Source: Myxococcales bacterium (lineage in GTDB: Bacteria; Lernaellota; Lernaellaia; Lernaellales; Lernaellaceae). From it: a DNA stretch of 64,000 bases. The stretch is taken from the NCBI GenBank assembly GCA_012517325.1, contig JAAYVF010000107.1, forward strand, positions 3,032-67,031, read 5' to 3'. The translations under genes and the position numbers were made by a program. Below are positions 42,842-51,691 of the stretch, one piece after another (within the stretch, counting starts at the first letter, position 1; each line of letters starts with the position of its first letter). The notes under the pieces are model-generated. The model was not told the DNA's origin, made no database searches, and saw nothing but the letters and a program-made list of their open reading frames with translations.

Positions 42842-44215
42842 ATGAAAATCAATAAGCACCTCCTGGCTAATATCAGGATATTCAAGTGGGCACGCACAAA
42901 GGGCTTTCTTCTGTCATTTCTTGGCATCGTGATCATTGCCGTTTTCTATACATTCGGGACGGCAAAATGGGCTTGGAAAAGTGTATTCATCGGTCGACCG
43001 GCCTTTATCCCGGTGCAAATTTCCAACCAGGTAAACAGGCTGGAATTGAATGCCACGATTGGCGGCATTCCGTTTTTTCTGGCTCGTTCGCCTGCCGCGG
43101 CAGCTTATTGGTGGAAATATCATTCAATCGGCAATGGCAAGGACATTGCGGACTGCGATGTGAACGGCGGTTCGGCACTTGAATTGATCGATACGGAATA
43201 TCCCGATTCGGATAACGCGAATGGCGTTTGCCGGAGACATATTCAAGTTCGTTGTTCGACCGATAAAAACGGGGCTGACCAAACTTTAATTATCGAAAAC
43301 AAAGACATCTCTTTTAGTTATATTCCCAAGGGAGTCAAACCGGAAGACATCTCATCGGCGTCGAATATCCCCGAGGAATGCCAAACGGTTGCGTGGCCTC
43401 AATACCGGAACCTGTTTTTATTGACCAATGTTGAAGCGAAGCCGGATAAACAGGGTTCGATCGTAGTAGTCCCACAAGCAATTTATTGGCGTAAAGTCGC
43501 ATGGTCCAGTTATCAGGAAGAGCCGATTAAGCAGAGCGCCGCCGTCAGTCAGACGACAACAGTCGAAGCGAAACAGTGCGTTCCTCACTTCTTTTTCAAT
43601 GCGACGAATTCTCCCGAGTGCCAATTTGTCCGCGAGATACTGGTCAAACCATCCGTAGTGAATGAAAGAGACCCACAGTATTCCCTAACAGAGAAAGTGA
43701 AAAAGGGTGCCACTTATCTGGTCCCCATCATTTTGTATTGTGTTCTCTGGTTGGATACATTTTTATTTTGCTTTGTTCTTGGCGCCGGATTGATGTATCT
43801 GATTGTCAATAAGAAACCCAACAATCCGACAGTGAACAATGGCGATGCTGAATTGGGGCATGTCAACGAAGAACGAAGGGAATTGCGTCAATTCCTGGAG
43901 TGGCTGGAAGTTATCGGCCCGGCAATCGGTTTTTGGTTGACCGTCGGCTCGTTATTGTTGGCTTTCGAACCGGGGACTTTCGCCGATCAAGACAAAATCG
44001 CTTTTGCCTCGGGAATTTCCATGGCCATGACGGCAACCTTTGCCGGTCTGCTCATGCGCATCCTGGCCTTCACTGGCGATCGTCTGGTGTTACAAATCCT
44101 TTATCTTTACCACGGCGCCGACAAGGAAGGTTTTTTCCCGAAACCGAAAAAATTGGTGATGGAACCCAGTGGTGACACGCCCAAGGCCGGAGAGGAAAAA
44201 GGAACCGGACAATGA
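42842..44215 (+). CDS. ExbB/TolQ/MotA-family-like proton-channel protein with a ~300-aa N-terminal extra-cytoplasmic extension
   Basis: AAGGA lies upstream. The N-terminus is basic with TM1 at ~22-42. A ~300-aa Cys-containing hydrophilic domain follows. Three C-terminal TMs then match the TolQ/ExbB core: the last two, ...IGPAIGFWLTVGSLLLAF...ISMAMTATFAGLLMRILAF, resemble it. The gene lies in a low-GC island. Confidence 0.5.
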   Translation: MKINKHLLANIRIFKWARTKGFLLSFLGIVIIAVFYTFGTAKWAWKSVFIGRPAFIPVQISNQVNRLELNATIGGIPFFLARSPAAAAYWWKYHSIGNGKDIADCDVNGGSALELIDTEYPDSDNANGVCRRHIQVRCSTDKNGADQTLIIENKDISFSYIPKGVKPEDISSASNIPEECQTVAWPQYRNLFLLTNVEAKPDKQGSIVVVPQAIYWRKVAWSSYQEEPIKQSAAVSQTTTVEAKQCVPHFFFNATNSPECQFVREILVKPSVVNERDPQYSLTEKVKKGATYLVPIILYCVLWLDTFLFCFVLGAGLMYLIVNKKPNNPTVNNGDAELGHVNEERRELRQFLEWLEVIGPAIGFWLTVGSLLLAFEPGTFADQDKIAFASGISMAMTATFAGLLMRILAFTGDRLVLQILYLYHGADKEGFFPKPKKLVMEPSGDTPKAGEEKGTGQ

Positions 44216-44715
44216 TGCAAAGGGTTAATTCGCGAGATGATTTGTTTTTATCGGCTCTGGATCTCTACACTCTTTTATCATTGATGTTCATCGGTGTGGC
44301 TTACCTGACGACGTATGGTGGCATGGCGGGAAGGGATCTCGAACTGCCTACCGCAGCCGGCGATTCCACGCAACCGTCGCCGATGGATATGCCGGTTGTG
44401 CGATGGGTGACTACCGGTTTGGAAAATGGCAAATGCACCGTGAAATTCAATCCGCTTGGCAAGTTGGCCGGATTGATCCCAGCCGCGACTATAGAAGTAC
44501 CTTGTCGGCCTGCTGCTTTTCTGGGAGGGGAACGAGGCCCCGATCCGACGCTTGCTTTAGCGGCGCAAAGATGGCGCGAACTCAACGCGGGTAACGACCG
44601 CGTGCCGCGAGTGGCTATCGCTTGTGAACGGGTGGATATCGAATCCTGCGCGCGATTGCAATGGGTATTCGGCGAGGCTGGTTTCTTAACCTTTGCTGCG
44701 GTCGCCGGCAATTAG
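44212..44715 (+). CDS. ExbD/TolR-like protein
   Basis: 167 aa with a single TM (LDLYTLLSLMFIGVAYLTTYGG) followed by a periplasmic domain with ExbD-like spacing (DLELPTAAG...; VPRVAIACERVDIESCARLQWVFGEAGF). The start overlaps the upstream stop as ATGA. Confidence 0.45.
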   Translation: MMQRVNSRDDLFLSALDLYTLLSLMFIGVAYLTTYGGMAGRDLELPTAAGDSTQPSPMDMPVVRWVTTGLENGKCTVKFNPLGKLAGLIPAATIEVPCRPAAFLGGERGPDPTLALAAQRWRELNAGNDRVPRVAIACERVDIESCARLQWVFGEAGFLTFAAVAGN

Positions 44716-44731
44716 TGATGGAGTGTCGATA

Positions 44732-46384
44732 ATGAATGTCCTGACCCAACCGAATCGTTTTCGCGCGCTCTTGCGCCTCTGGCGGCGCGATCCCGCAAAC
44801 CCCGTTGCGCAAAAATTTTTTCGGGAATTCACGGCATTCTGGCAACCGCTAGCCATTAGAGTTCTTACCGGATTTTCGCAGTGTCTCACCGAGCCTATTC
44901 CTCCGCTAAAGCAACCATTGGTCAGCAATGGAGCGATGCATTGGCTGATCGGTTGTGTTTTACGAGAATTGGCGAACCGGACGATTCTGAATAGTGCCTT
45001 CGATCCGGCATCGGAGATGATCCGCGTTCAAAGCAAGATCGTTGAAGAACTGATTGCCAAACTTCACGATGATAATGTTTCGAATGTAAAAATAAAATTG
45101 CGGAATGAGTGTTTGAAACATTATCTTCGTGAAATCGTCAAATATTCGGCCGGGCAAGGGATCCCAGTTTTTAACTGGATATTGCGAGATCCCAAGTTTC
45201 TTAACGAAAAATGCCCCTGGGGTGATTGTCAACGACAAAAAGATTTACCCGGCGATCATTTGCGTCTTGGCCTTGACGATCTGGCAACTCATTTCCGGCA
45301 GGGTTGGCGATGGGCCAAAGAGATTCCCTATGATCCCATAGCCGAGGTGTATTTGCCCAAACGACCGAGCCTGACGATAGCCACGATTCCCATGTTGACC
45401 AATTTACCAGCCAGTAGCGGAGCTGTTGCGATGATTGTTGTGGTTGCAGCGAACCTCATGATTCCTTCTATTCAAGAAGAGATGTATTCCGGCGGGCAAA
45501 GCGGTGCGAACTATTTCGACGCCGAACGACATGAGCAAGTTATACCCTTACCGATCGATCCGGACGGATTGACCATGGCAATTCCGAAAGAATCAGAGAA
45601 TGAGGATGTTTTTATTATGAAAGAAAATGCGGCGGAAAAGGTGGAGCAAGCCGCAAAAAGGTGGTCGGCGGAAAATGCCTCTGGTTCCCATCCTGATTCA
45701 TTGCTCACGCAAGGGCCGAAAGACAACATGTCCAATTCATCTGGAGGGATGCATATGGATTCGCAAAGGCCTTCTTTTGGCAACCCCACCACCGTCGGTG
45801 CCGGTAGCGGAGGCGGCGGTTTGGATGGATCGCCGAACGGGGCGGCCCATGCGGTATCCACGATTGGCGTGGGTGGGGGCGGCGGTGGCAGCCTGAAAAC
45901 CGGCGGCGGTGGTAGTGGAAAGACCACGACCACCATCGGCGCAATGGGCGGAACAGGTGGCGGTATGGGAGGGTCGATTTCTTCCGGCGCTGGGGGAAAC
46001 GGCGGCGGGAAGAAACCGACAACGACGGTTGGCGCGGCGGGAACCGGAACGGGAACGGGTCAGGCCGGTTACTATACCCCGGTGACGACCAACAGGCGGG
46101 AGATCGAAGCGATACCGGGGGTGGCGCGATTGGCGCGAACGATCGCCCACTACCGAAATCAGATCCTCGCCCGGAGTTCCGAAGTGCCGGATAAATGCCA
46201 AGGCTTGGGAGTCAAAATCGAAAATGGCGTGCTGATCGCCAAGGGATACACGGTCAACGCCGGCGGAGATCACGCCACGCTCTCGTTTGGTATGCGGGCG
46301 GGGCAAGATCGTTCCGCGGTTGTCCGTCAGGCTTACAACAACGTTTCCGCCGTGCTCGAAGATTGTTTGAGCAAGTTGAAATGA
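44732..46384 (+). CDS. TonB/TolA-like-architecture protein: cytoplasmic N-domain, central TM, long Gly/Thr/Ser-rich linker, C-terminal globular domain
   Basis: The start is MNVLTQPNRF. A hydrophobic segment AVAMIVVVAANLMIPSI lies at ~aa 245-262. A ~150-aa low-complexity stretch (GGGGSLKTGGGGSGKTTTTIGAMGGTGGG...) is followed by a ~100-aa C-terminal domain. No sequence-level family match. Confidence 0.4.
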   Translation: MNVLTQPNRFRALLRLWRRDPANPVAQKFFREFTAFWQPLAIRVLTGFSQCLTEPIPPLKQPLVSNGAMHWLIGCVLRELANRTILNSAFDPASEMIRVQSKIVEELIAKLHDDNVSNVKIKLRNECLKHYLREIVKYSAGQGIPVFNWILRDPKFLNEKCPWGDCQRQKDLPGDHLRLGLDDLATHFRQGWRWAKEIPYDPIAEVYLPKRPSLTIATIPMLTNLPASSGAVAMIVVVAANLMIPSIQEEMYSGGQSGANYFDAERHEQVIPLPIDPDGLTMAIPKESENEDVFIMKENAAEKVEQAAKRWSAENASGSHPDSLLTQGPKDNMSNSSGGMHMDSQRPSFGNPTTVGAGSGGGGLDGSPNGAAHAVSTIGVGGGGGGSLKTGGGGSGKTTTTIGAMGGTGGGMGGSISSGAGGNGGGKKPTTTVGAAGTGTGTGQAGYYTPVTTNRREIEAIPGVARLARTIAHYRNQILARSSEVPDKCQGLGVKIENGVLIAKGYTVNAGGDHATLSFGMRAGQDRSAVVRQAYNNVSAVLEDCLSKLK

Positions 46385-48174
46385 TTGCAACGAAAGGGGT
46401 GTCGTTCATGGGTGCGCGATTGCCAGCGGCGATTATCCTGATGGTCTCTGTTTTTTTGCTTACCGGCGGAGCGGCGCTTTTACAAGCGCAACCCGCCCCG
46501 GCGGAGCCGCCCTCGCTGGAAAGTCCGCCCCCCGAGGGTGGGGCGACTCCCGCCGATACCCCTACCGGCGGCGAGGAGCGCATCGCTTTTCCGAGCCTGT
46601 TGCCCTCGGACCCGAACGAAGCCATCCGCCGAATCGAGGAAAACTTGCTGACCGATCAGGTGGATCACGCTTTTATCTACCTGACGGCCATTCAGGATTT
46701 TTATCAAAACTCGCAACTCTATGCCGATGGCAAGGACAAGGACGCCTATCTCAGTTTTCTGGCGAGTAATGAGACGCGTTTCACCCTGTTGCTGGCTGAC
46801 GCCTATTATCAGCTTCTCGACAACGGCGGGTTGGTCGGTAATGTAAATCGGTTGCAATTGGCCACCGCGGCGTTCGACGAGGCGATCAATTCCAATTCCG
46901 GAACGATCAAATATTATCTCGGTCGCGTGGACGCGCTGTTTCAGCTCAACGAAACCCGGGATGAAGGTGGGCTGAATGACGACAATCTGGCGCGGCTGGC
47001 CGACGCCTTGATGGCGGAGGCCGACGCCTCTCCCGGCTTTTGTAATTATCAAAACGTCAAGGATGAGAATCTCCAATATCACTTCATCGTTTATAAAATG
47101 TCGGTTACCGCCGGAGAAACGGCGGGCGCCAGCTGTCCCTGCGATGTTTATCAATATGAGTGGCGGCGGATTAGCAGCATCGTCAGCCGCACGGCGATCC
47201 TGGCTTTGCAAACGCGCTCGCCCGAACAATCAATGATTCTGGCGCCATCATTCATCCGCTTAGCCACCTGGGGTCGGACGTTCCATCCGGCAATTGGATT
47301 GATTTTCCCGTTCCCCGGAGCCGACGGCCAACCGGCGGGTTTCCGCTTTGACGAAATCATCGACAACGCCGGTTTCGACGGCGGTAATTTGAAGGCCGCC
47401 ATCGAACTGGCCCTGGCTGGTTACTACCATGACGCTCGCTTGGCTGATCGCTGTCTGGCTTTCGGGCGCCTGGGGTTGCGGGACGTGCGTTCACCGATCC
47501 TACGGGCCAAAGCCGCGTTGAAGATGTCGATGGTGTTCTATGATCCCGTGTGGGGCGATTTTTTCATACCGGGCGAAGAATTGAAATTCCGGCGCGATTT
47601 GAAATCATCGGCATTTTTCGCCGCTTCCCAATGCATCACCTCGCTCGACGGCCAGGAAACCGAGGCCACCGGGACCAAGGATCTGCGGGCGGCCTGCGTC
47701 GACCAACTCGGCTTGATGGGCGCGGCCTTATTGGCCGATTACTCTGACGCGGAAATACCGTCGGCCGATCTGGCTTCGGTGCTGCGCAATCCTGCTTTGA
47801 CAACGCTGAGCGATCAAGACCTTAGCAGTGATTTCCACCTCGAGTTGGCACGGTATTACCGCTTGCGCAAAGACAATGATCAAGCGGCTCTGCATTATCA
47901 ACTGGGAATTCGCCGCATGGCCCAGGATATCGCCTTCGTGATGCGACAAAAATTTCAAACGATTCCGGCCGGAACATCGGCGACTGAAATTGATGTCGCG
48001 TTGGTCGAATGCTGTCAGGGTGAAATCCGCGATTTCAAACGGCAGATCGAACTGGCTAAGACAGTGGTCAAGGATTTTTCTCCCCATTCGACGCTCCGGC
48101 AGCAAATCGAAAATTATTCGCAATTCGCCATGAAACTGGATGCGCCTTTCACCAACGGGGGGCTCGGATTATGA
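46381..48174 (+). CDS. secreted hypothetical protein (signal peptide), part of the Ton/Tol-like module
   Basis: The ATG at 46381 overlaps the upstream TGA as ATGA; an alternative ATG is at 46411. The signal peptide is ...MGARLPAAIILMVSVFLLTGGAALLQA|QPA, followed by a ~560-aa mature protein with no recognised domain. Confidence 0.5.
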   Translation: MIATKGVSFMGARLPAAIILMVSVFLLTGGAALLQAQPAPAEPPSLESPPPEGGATPADTPTGGEERIAFPSLLPSDPNEAIRRIEENLLTDQVDHAFIYLTAIQDFYQNSQLYADGKDKDAYLSFLASNETRFTLLLADAYYQLLDNGGLVGNVNRLQLATAAFDEAINSNSGTIKYYLGRVDALFQLNETRDEGGLNDDNLARLADALMAEADASPGFCNYQNVKDENLQYHFIVYKMSVTAGETAGASCPCDVYQYEWRRISSIVSRTAILALQTRSPEQSMILAPSFIRLATWGRTFHPAIGLIFPFPGADGQPAGFRFDEIIDNAGFDGGNLKAAIELALAGYYHDARLADRCLAFGRLGLRDVRSPILRAKAALKMSMVFYDPVWGDFFIPGEELKFRRDLKSSAFFAASQCITSLDGQETEATGTKDLRAACVDQLGLMGAALLADYSDAEIPSADLASVLRNPALTTLSDQDLSSDFHLELARYYRLRKDNDQAALHYQLGIRRMAQDIAFVMRQKFQTIPAGTSATEIDVALVECCQGEIRDFKRQIELAKTVVKDFSPHSTLRQQIENYSQFAMKLDAPFTNGGLGL

Positions 48175-48983
48175 ACGCCGCGCTGAAATGCCTGCTCCGC
48201 CTGGTGTTATTGTTCTGGCTGACACCCCTGCTCATGGGAATGGGTAGCGATCCTCTTGGCGAACCAGAGGCGACTGCGGCGATAACCGAGCCGCGAGGAG
48301 TTGAAGGAGTCGCCAAGAAACCGGTCGAGGAATGGATCGAGATCAAATCGGCAGGCGAAACGCGATGGGTGAAATTCGTTCCGGGCAATGAAGCGACCCG
48401 TCCCAATCGGGCGACGCGCCGTTTGAATCTGTTATCGGCTCGGCGAATGAATTGGCCGGAAGCCGTGGCGACTCCGACGGTTTCCCCCGCGGCGAGAATG
48501 CGCTACTTCTTCGAGGAAGACTGCCGGGCTTGGCTCGCCTCACTGACCGTGACCGATCCTACGCGCCTGCACGGCTTGTATGTGTTGATCCTCTTCCAGA
48601 CCCAGCGCATCAATGATATGTACGATTCCGTTTATGCCGATTATCGCCGAACCATGATGCCGGTCGGATTGCCGACTCCCGAGGCGGTCTATCCGGCCGA
48701 GACCTTGGCCACGCTGGTCGGCGCGTATCTGATGGCCGCGGATATTTCGGTGCGCGCCGGCTGGAAATTGGATCCGTTGCGCAAACTCGAAAAGAAGATT
48801 GCCGCTAGCGGGCTCAGCGATCCGATGGTATTGCGGCTGCCCTTTGGCGCTTACAATCCGCCTTATGCCGAATTGTTTCAGCCGTTTTCAATGACGATCG
48901 AAAAACGCTTGGATCCTCCGCCAGCGCCGGAAAACAGGACGGCAAAACAAGTTGTGGGAACGACAGACAAGGCGCCTGAATAA
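48171..48983 (+). CDS. secreted hypothetical protein (signal peptide), last gene of the module
   Basis: The start overlaps the upstream stop as ATGA. The signal peptide is MNAALKCLLRLVLLFWLTPLLMGMGS. 270 aa. Confidence 0.5.
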   Translation: MNAALKCLLRLVLLFWLTPLLMGMGSDPLGEPEATAAITEPRGVEGVAKKPVEEWIEIKSAGETRWVKFVPGNEATRPNRATRRLNLLSARRMNWPEAVATPTVSPAARMRYFFEEDCRAWLASLTVTDPTRLHGLYVLILFQTQRINDMYDSVYADYRRTMMPVGLPTPEAVYPAETLATLVGAYLMAADISVRAGWKLDPLRKLEKKIAASGLSDPMVLRLPFGAYNPPYAELFQPFSMTIEKRLDPPPAPENRTAKQVVGTTDKAPE

Positions 48984-49109
48984 TCCGGGATATTTCGGCC
49001 ACAACCGGCATTGATCGCCACGGTTGCGCCTCCATCCGAATCCATTTGAATCCGCACATCCGGGCATGGTAACTTCAATCTCAAGCCGTGACGGGAAGGG
49101 GTTTGTCCG

Positions 49110-50420
49110 ATGCAACCTGGCTACCTAATCGCTTGCGGTTTGTTGATCCTGCTGCTGATCTCCTTCAGCACAGGCTGCGGTACCGAAGGCTCTTCAACCG
49201 ACTCCGGACAATCTCGACCGACTGCCGATGATGACAATGATGATGACAACGACAATGACGACAACGACAACGATAACAACAACGATAACGACAACGACGA
49301 CAACGACAATGACGACAACGATGACAACGACGATACCACGCCCGCGGTTTCCATTCCCATCCTGGGCGTCGAGGTCGAGGACGCCACGAGCTATCGCCTG
49401 ATGAACCGGCTGCTGCCGATGAACACGGGCGATCTGTGGCCCGCCGCCTGGGCCGAGGACGACCGGCTCTATACCGCTTGCGGCGACGGGCTTGGTTTCG
49501 GATTGATTCCCGGCGATTTGGTGGTGTGCGTGGTCGACGGCAAACCGCCGGCGATGGCTGGGCACAACATTCCCGGGGCGCGCAGCGCGGCCGTCGCCGG
49601 CCTCTGGGGCCCGGAAATCCTGAAGCTGAACCGCAAGCCCACGGGGATGACCTGCGTCGACGGCGATTTGTACCTGTTTTCGCAAAACCTGGCCAACCGC
49701 TGGTCGGACGATCCGTTCGGGTATGCCGAAAACGGATCGGTTTCCGTCAGTCACGACCACGGTGCGACCTGGGATTACGATCACACCGCGCCGCTGTTCA
49801 CCGACCGCGTATTCACCACCGGCTTTTTTCTCGATTTCGGTCGCTGCGGCGAGCACGCGATCGACGACTTCGTCTACGTCTACGGCCTCGACGGCAACTG
49901 GCGGTGGTCCGAGACGGTTGCGCCCACCGAGCTCTTCCTCGCCCGCGTCCCGCGCGACCGAATCATGGAGCGATCGGCCTGGGAGTTCTACACCGGCGAG
50001 TCCCAGGGCGAACCGATCTGGTCGGCCGCGATCGCGGACAAGGCGCCGGTGCTGACCGACGAAACGCGCTACAGCGACGACTGGACCGGCGTGGCGCAAG
50101 GGAGCGTCGTCTTTTTACCGGCGTTGAACCGCTACCTGTACAGCACCCGGGCCAAAAACGAATGGATTTTTCACGAGGCGGAAAAGCCGTGGGGCCCCTG
50201 GACGAAAGTGACGGTGCGCGAATGGACCGGCGGCTGGACGGAAGAGTACCACGCCGGTTATCCGGTCACGATTCCCGCCAAGTTTCTGGACGCGGACAGC
50301 CGTGGCGGCTGGCTTTTAAGCAGCCTCTCCTCCAGCACCTTCGACGGCCTCTACTACAACATGAATTTCCGCCGGTTCGAGCTCGAGGTCGCCGCGGAAA
50401 CGAAAACGACGAATCATTAG
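49110..50420 (+). CDS. lipoprotein with poly-Asp/Asn linker and C-terminal domain of unknown function (possibly DUF4185/sialidase-like propeller)
   Basis: GGAAGGGG lies upstream. It opens MQPGYLIACGLLILLLISFSTGC|GTEG, with a ~40-aa (D/N)n linker and then a ~330-aa Trp-rich domain. Confidence 0.55.
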   Translation: MQPGYLIACGLLILLLISFSTGCGTEGSSTDSGQSRPTADDDNDDDNDNDDNDNDNNNDNDNDDNDNDDNDDNDDTTPAVSIPILGVEVEDATSYRLMNRLLPMNTGDLWPAAWAEDDRLYTACGDGLGFGLIPGDLVVCVVDGKPPAMAGHNIPGARSAAVAGLWGPEILKLNRKPTGMTCVDGDLYLFSQNLANRWSDDPFGYAENGSVSVSHDHGATWDYDHTAPLFTDRVFTTGFFLDFGRCGEHAIDDFVYVYGLDGNWRWSETVAPTELFLARVPRDRIMERSAWEFYTGESQGEPIWSAAIADKAPVLTDETRYSDDWTGVAQGSVVFLPALNRYLYSTRAKNEWIFHEAEKPWGPWTKVTVREWTGGWTEEYHAGYPVTIPAKFLDADSRGGWLLSSLSSSTFDGLYYNMNFRRFELEVAAETKTTNH

Positions 50421-50564
50421 CCGGGTGTTGAAAAATACCCGGCGTGCGATCCATGGATGGATCGCCATTTTCGGTAACTTCCGAAGTTGCCGAAAATGAA
50501 GCGAAAAAAACCACGCTTTTTGTTGAGCGCGGTTGAAAAGGCCAGGACGGCCTTTTTCAACAGC
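50418..50564. repeat. ~145-nt structured intergenic element, copy 2 of 2
   Basis: It is ~95% identical to 38614..38762, with a few substitutions and a 2-nt indel in the A-run. It begins at the stop codon of the upstream gene and lies between convergent genes. Confidence 0.6.
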
Positions 50565-50567
50565 TTG

Positions 50568-51572
50568 TTAGTGATACGGGTTGGGCGAACCCTCGGGCTG
50601 GCGTTTGTAGCGCCGGTGAATCCAGTGATAGAAGTGCGGTTGGTCGCGGATGATTTTTTCGTACTGAACCAGCAGGTTGCGGGTGTTGACGCGCAGTTCC
50701 TCTTCCGGATCGTCGGGTAGCGATTTCCAAACGATTTCCTCCAGGACTTCCGTTTTGAATTTTCCCGGGCCGGTGGGATAGCTCCAGGACGCGAACACCG
50801 GAGCGCCGGTCGTTTTCGCCACCCAGGCCACCGAGCGCACCGTGGAGGCTTGCTTTCCCAGCCACTCGACGAATACGCCCTGCTTCTTTTTCATGTTCTG
50901 GTCGACGGTCATGCCGACGGCCGCGCCACTGGCGAGGGTGTCGAGCACGGCTTGCATCGATTCCTTGTGGGCGATGGTGCCGAAATTCATACCGGACCGC
51001 GCATCGACGATCAGGCGATCCATGACCGGATTGGAGATCCGTTTGGCGATGATCGAAATCGGGTATCCCGAGGTTCCCAGGCGGCCCGCCGAAAAATCCC
51101 AGGCGCCGATGTGCGCGCCCAGAAAAATGACGCCCTTGCCGCGCGAATAAGCCTCGTGGATCCGCTCCTCGTCGACCAACTCGAAATTGTCGCGCCAGAA
51201 GGCCTCGTCCATCAGCGGCACGCGCAGGTAATTGAGCACCTGGCGGCACAGGTTGATCAGCGATTGCTTGTAGATCTCATCCTTCTCGGCGGCGGTTTTG
51301 GTGTCGCCGAAAGCGATGTCGAGATTCACGCGGGCGACGGGGCGCCGGATTTTCAGCCAATAGAGCAAGAGGCCGACCCGCCGGCCGAACGCATAAGAGC
51401 CTTCCCAGGAAAGCCGCAGGACGATCGCCGTGATCAACCAGACGAAAAACCGGCTGAGGTAGTTGCCTTTGACGGCCGTGGTCTCGCGATAAGGCGCCAT
51501 GTATTCGCGCATCTTTTCGGCGGACCAGGGAAAGGTTTCGCGCCGCATGTTTTTTTCCGTTGCCATCGCCAT
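50568..51572 (-). CDS. lysophospholipid/lipid A biosynthesis acyltransferase (LpxL/HtrB/MsbB-like)
   Basis: YLSRFFVWLITAIVLRL is an N-terminal anchor, followed by GKGVIFLGAHIGAWD... (the HX4D-like acyltransferase block) and a conserved C-terminal region. The start is at M31 or M33 of the track ORF. Confidence 0.65.
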   Translation of the reverse strand: MAMATEKNMRRETFPWSAEKMREYMAPYRETTAVKGNYLSRFFVWLITAIVLRLSWEGSYAFGRRVGLLLYWLKIRRPVARVNLDIAFGDTKTAAEKDEIYKQSLINLCRQVLNYLRVPLMDEAFWRDNFELVDEERIHEAYSRGKGVIFLGAHIGAWDFSAGRLGTSGYPISIIAKRISNPVMDRLIVDARSGMNFGTIAHKESMQAVLDTLASGAAVGMTVDQNMKKKQGVFVEWLGKQASTVRSVAWVAKTTGAPVFASWSYPTGPGKFKTEVLEEIVWKSLPDDPEEELRVNTRNLLVQYEKIIRDQPHFYHWIHRRYKRQPEGSPNPYH

Positions 51573-51691
51573 GAAAAAAGCCCCCAAGGGAATTTTCGAA
51601 TCAGTTCGCTCACCCCCGCGCAAAAGCGGTTGATAATAAGGCCATGCATGGGGAAACACCATCGCGGGAATTTGCGTTACAATCCCCGGCC

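Noticed and set aside
42842-48983. Zorya-type antiphage system (ZorA MotA-like plus ZorB MotB-like plus effectors)
   Set aside because: The MotA-like protein lacks the long C-terminal helical tail of ZorA. The second protein is ExbD-like without an OmpA/PG-binding domain. The downstream proteins carry signal peptides rather than cytoplasmic helicase or nuclease features. A Ton/Tol-like envelope system fits better.
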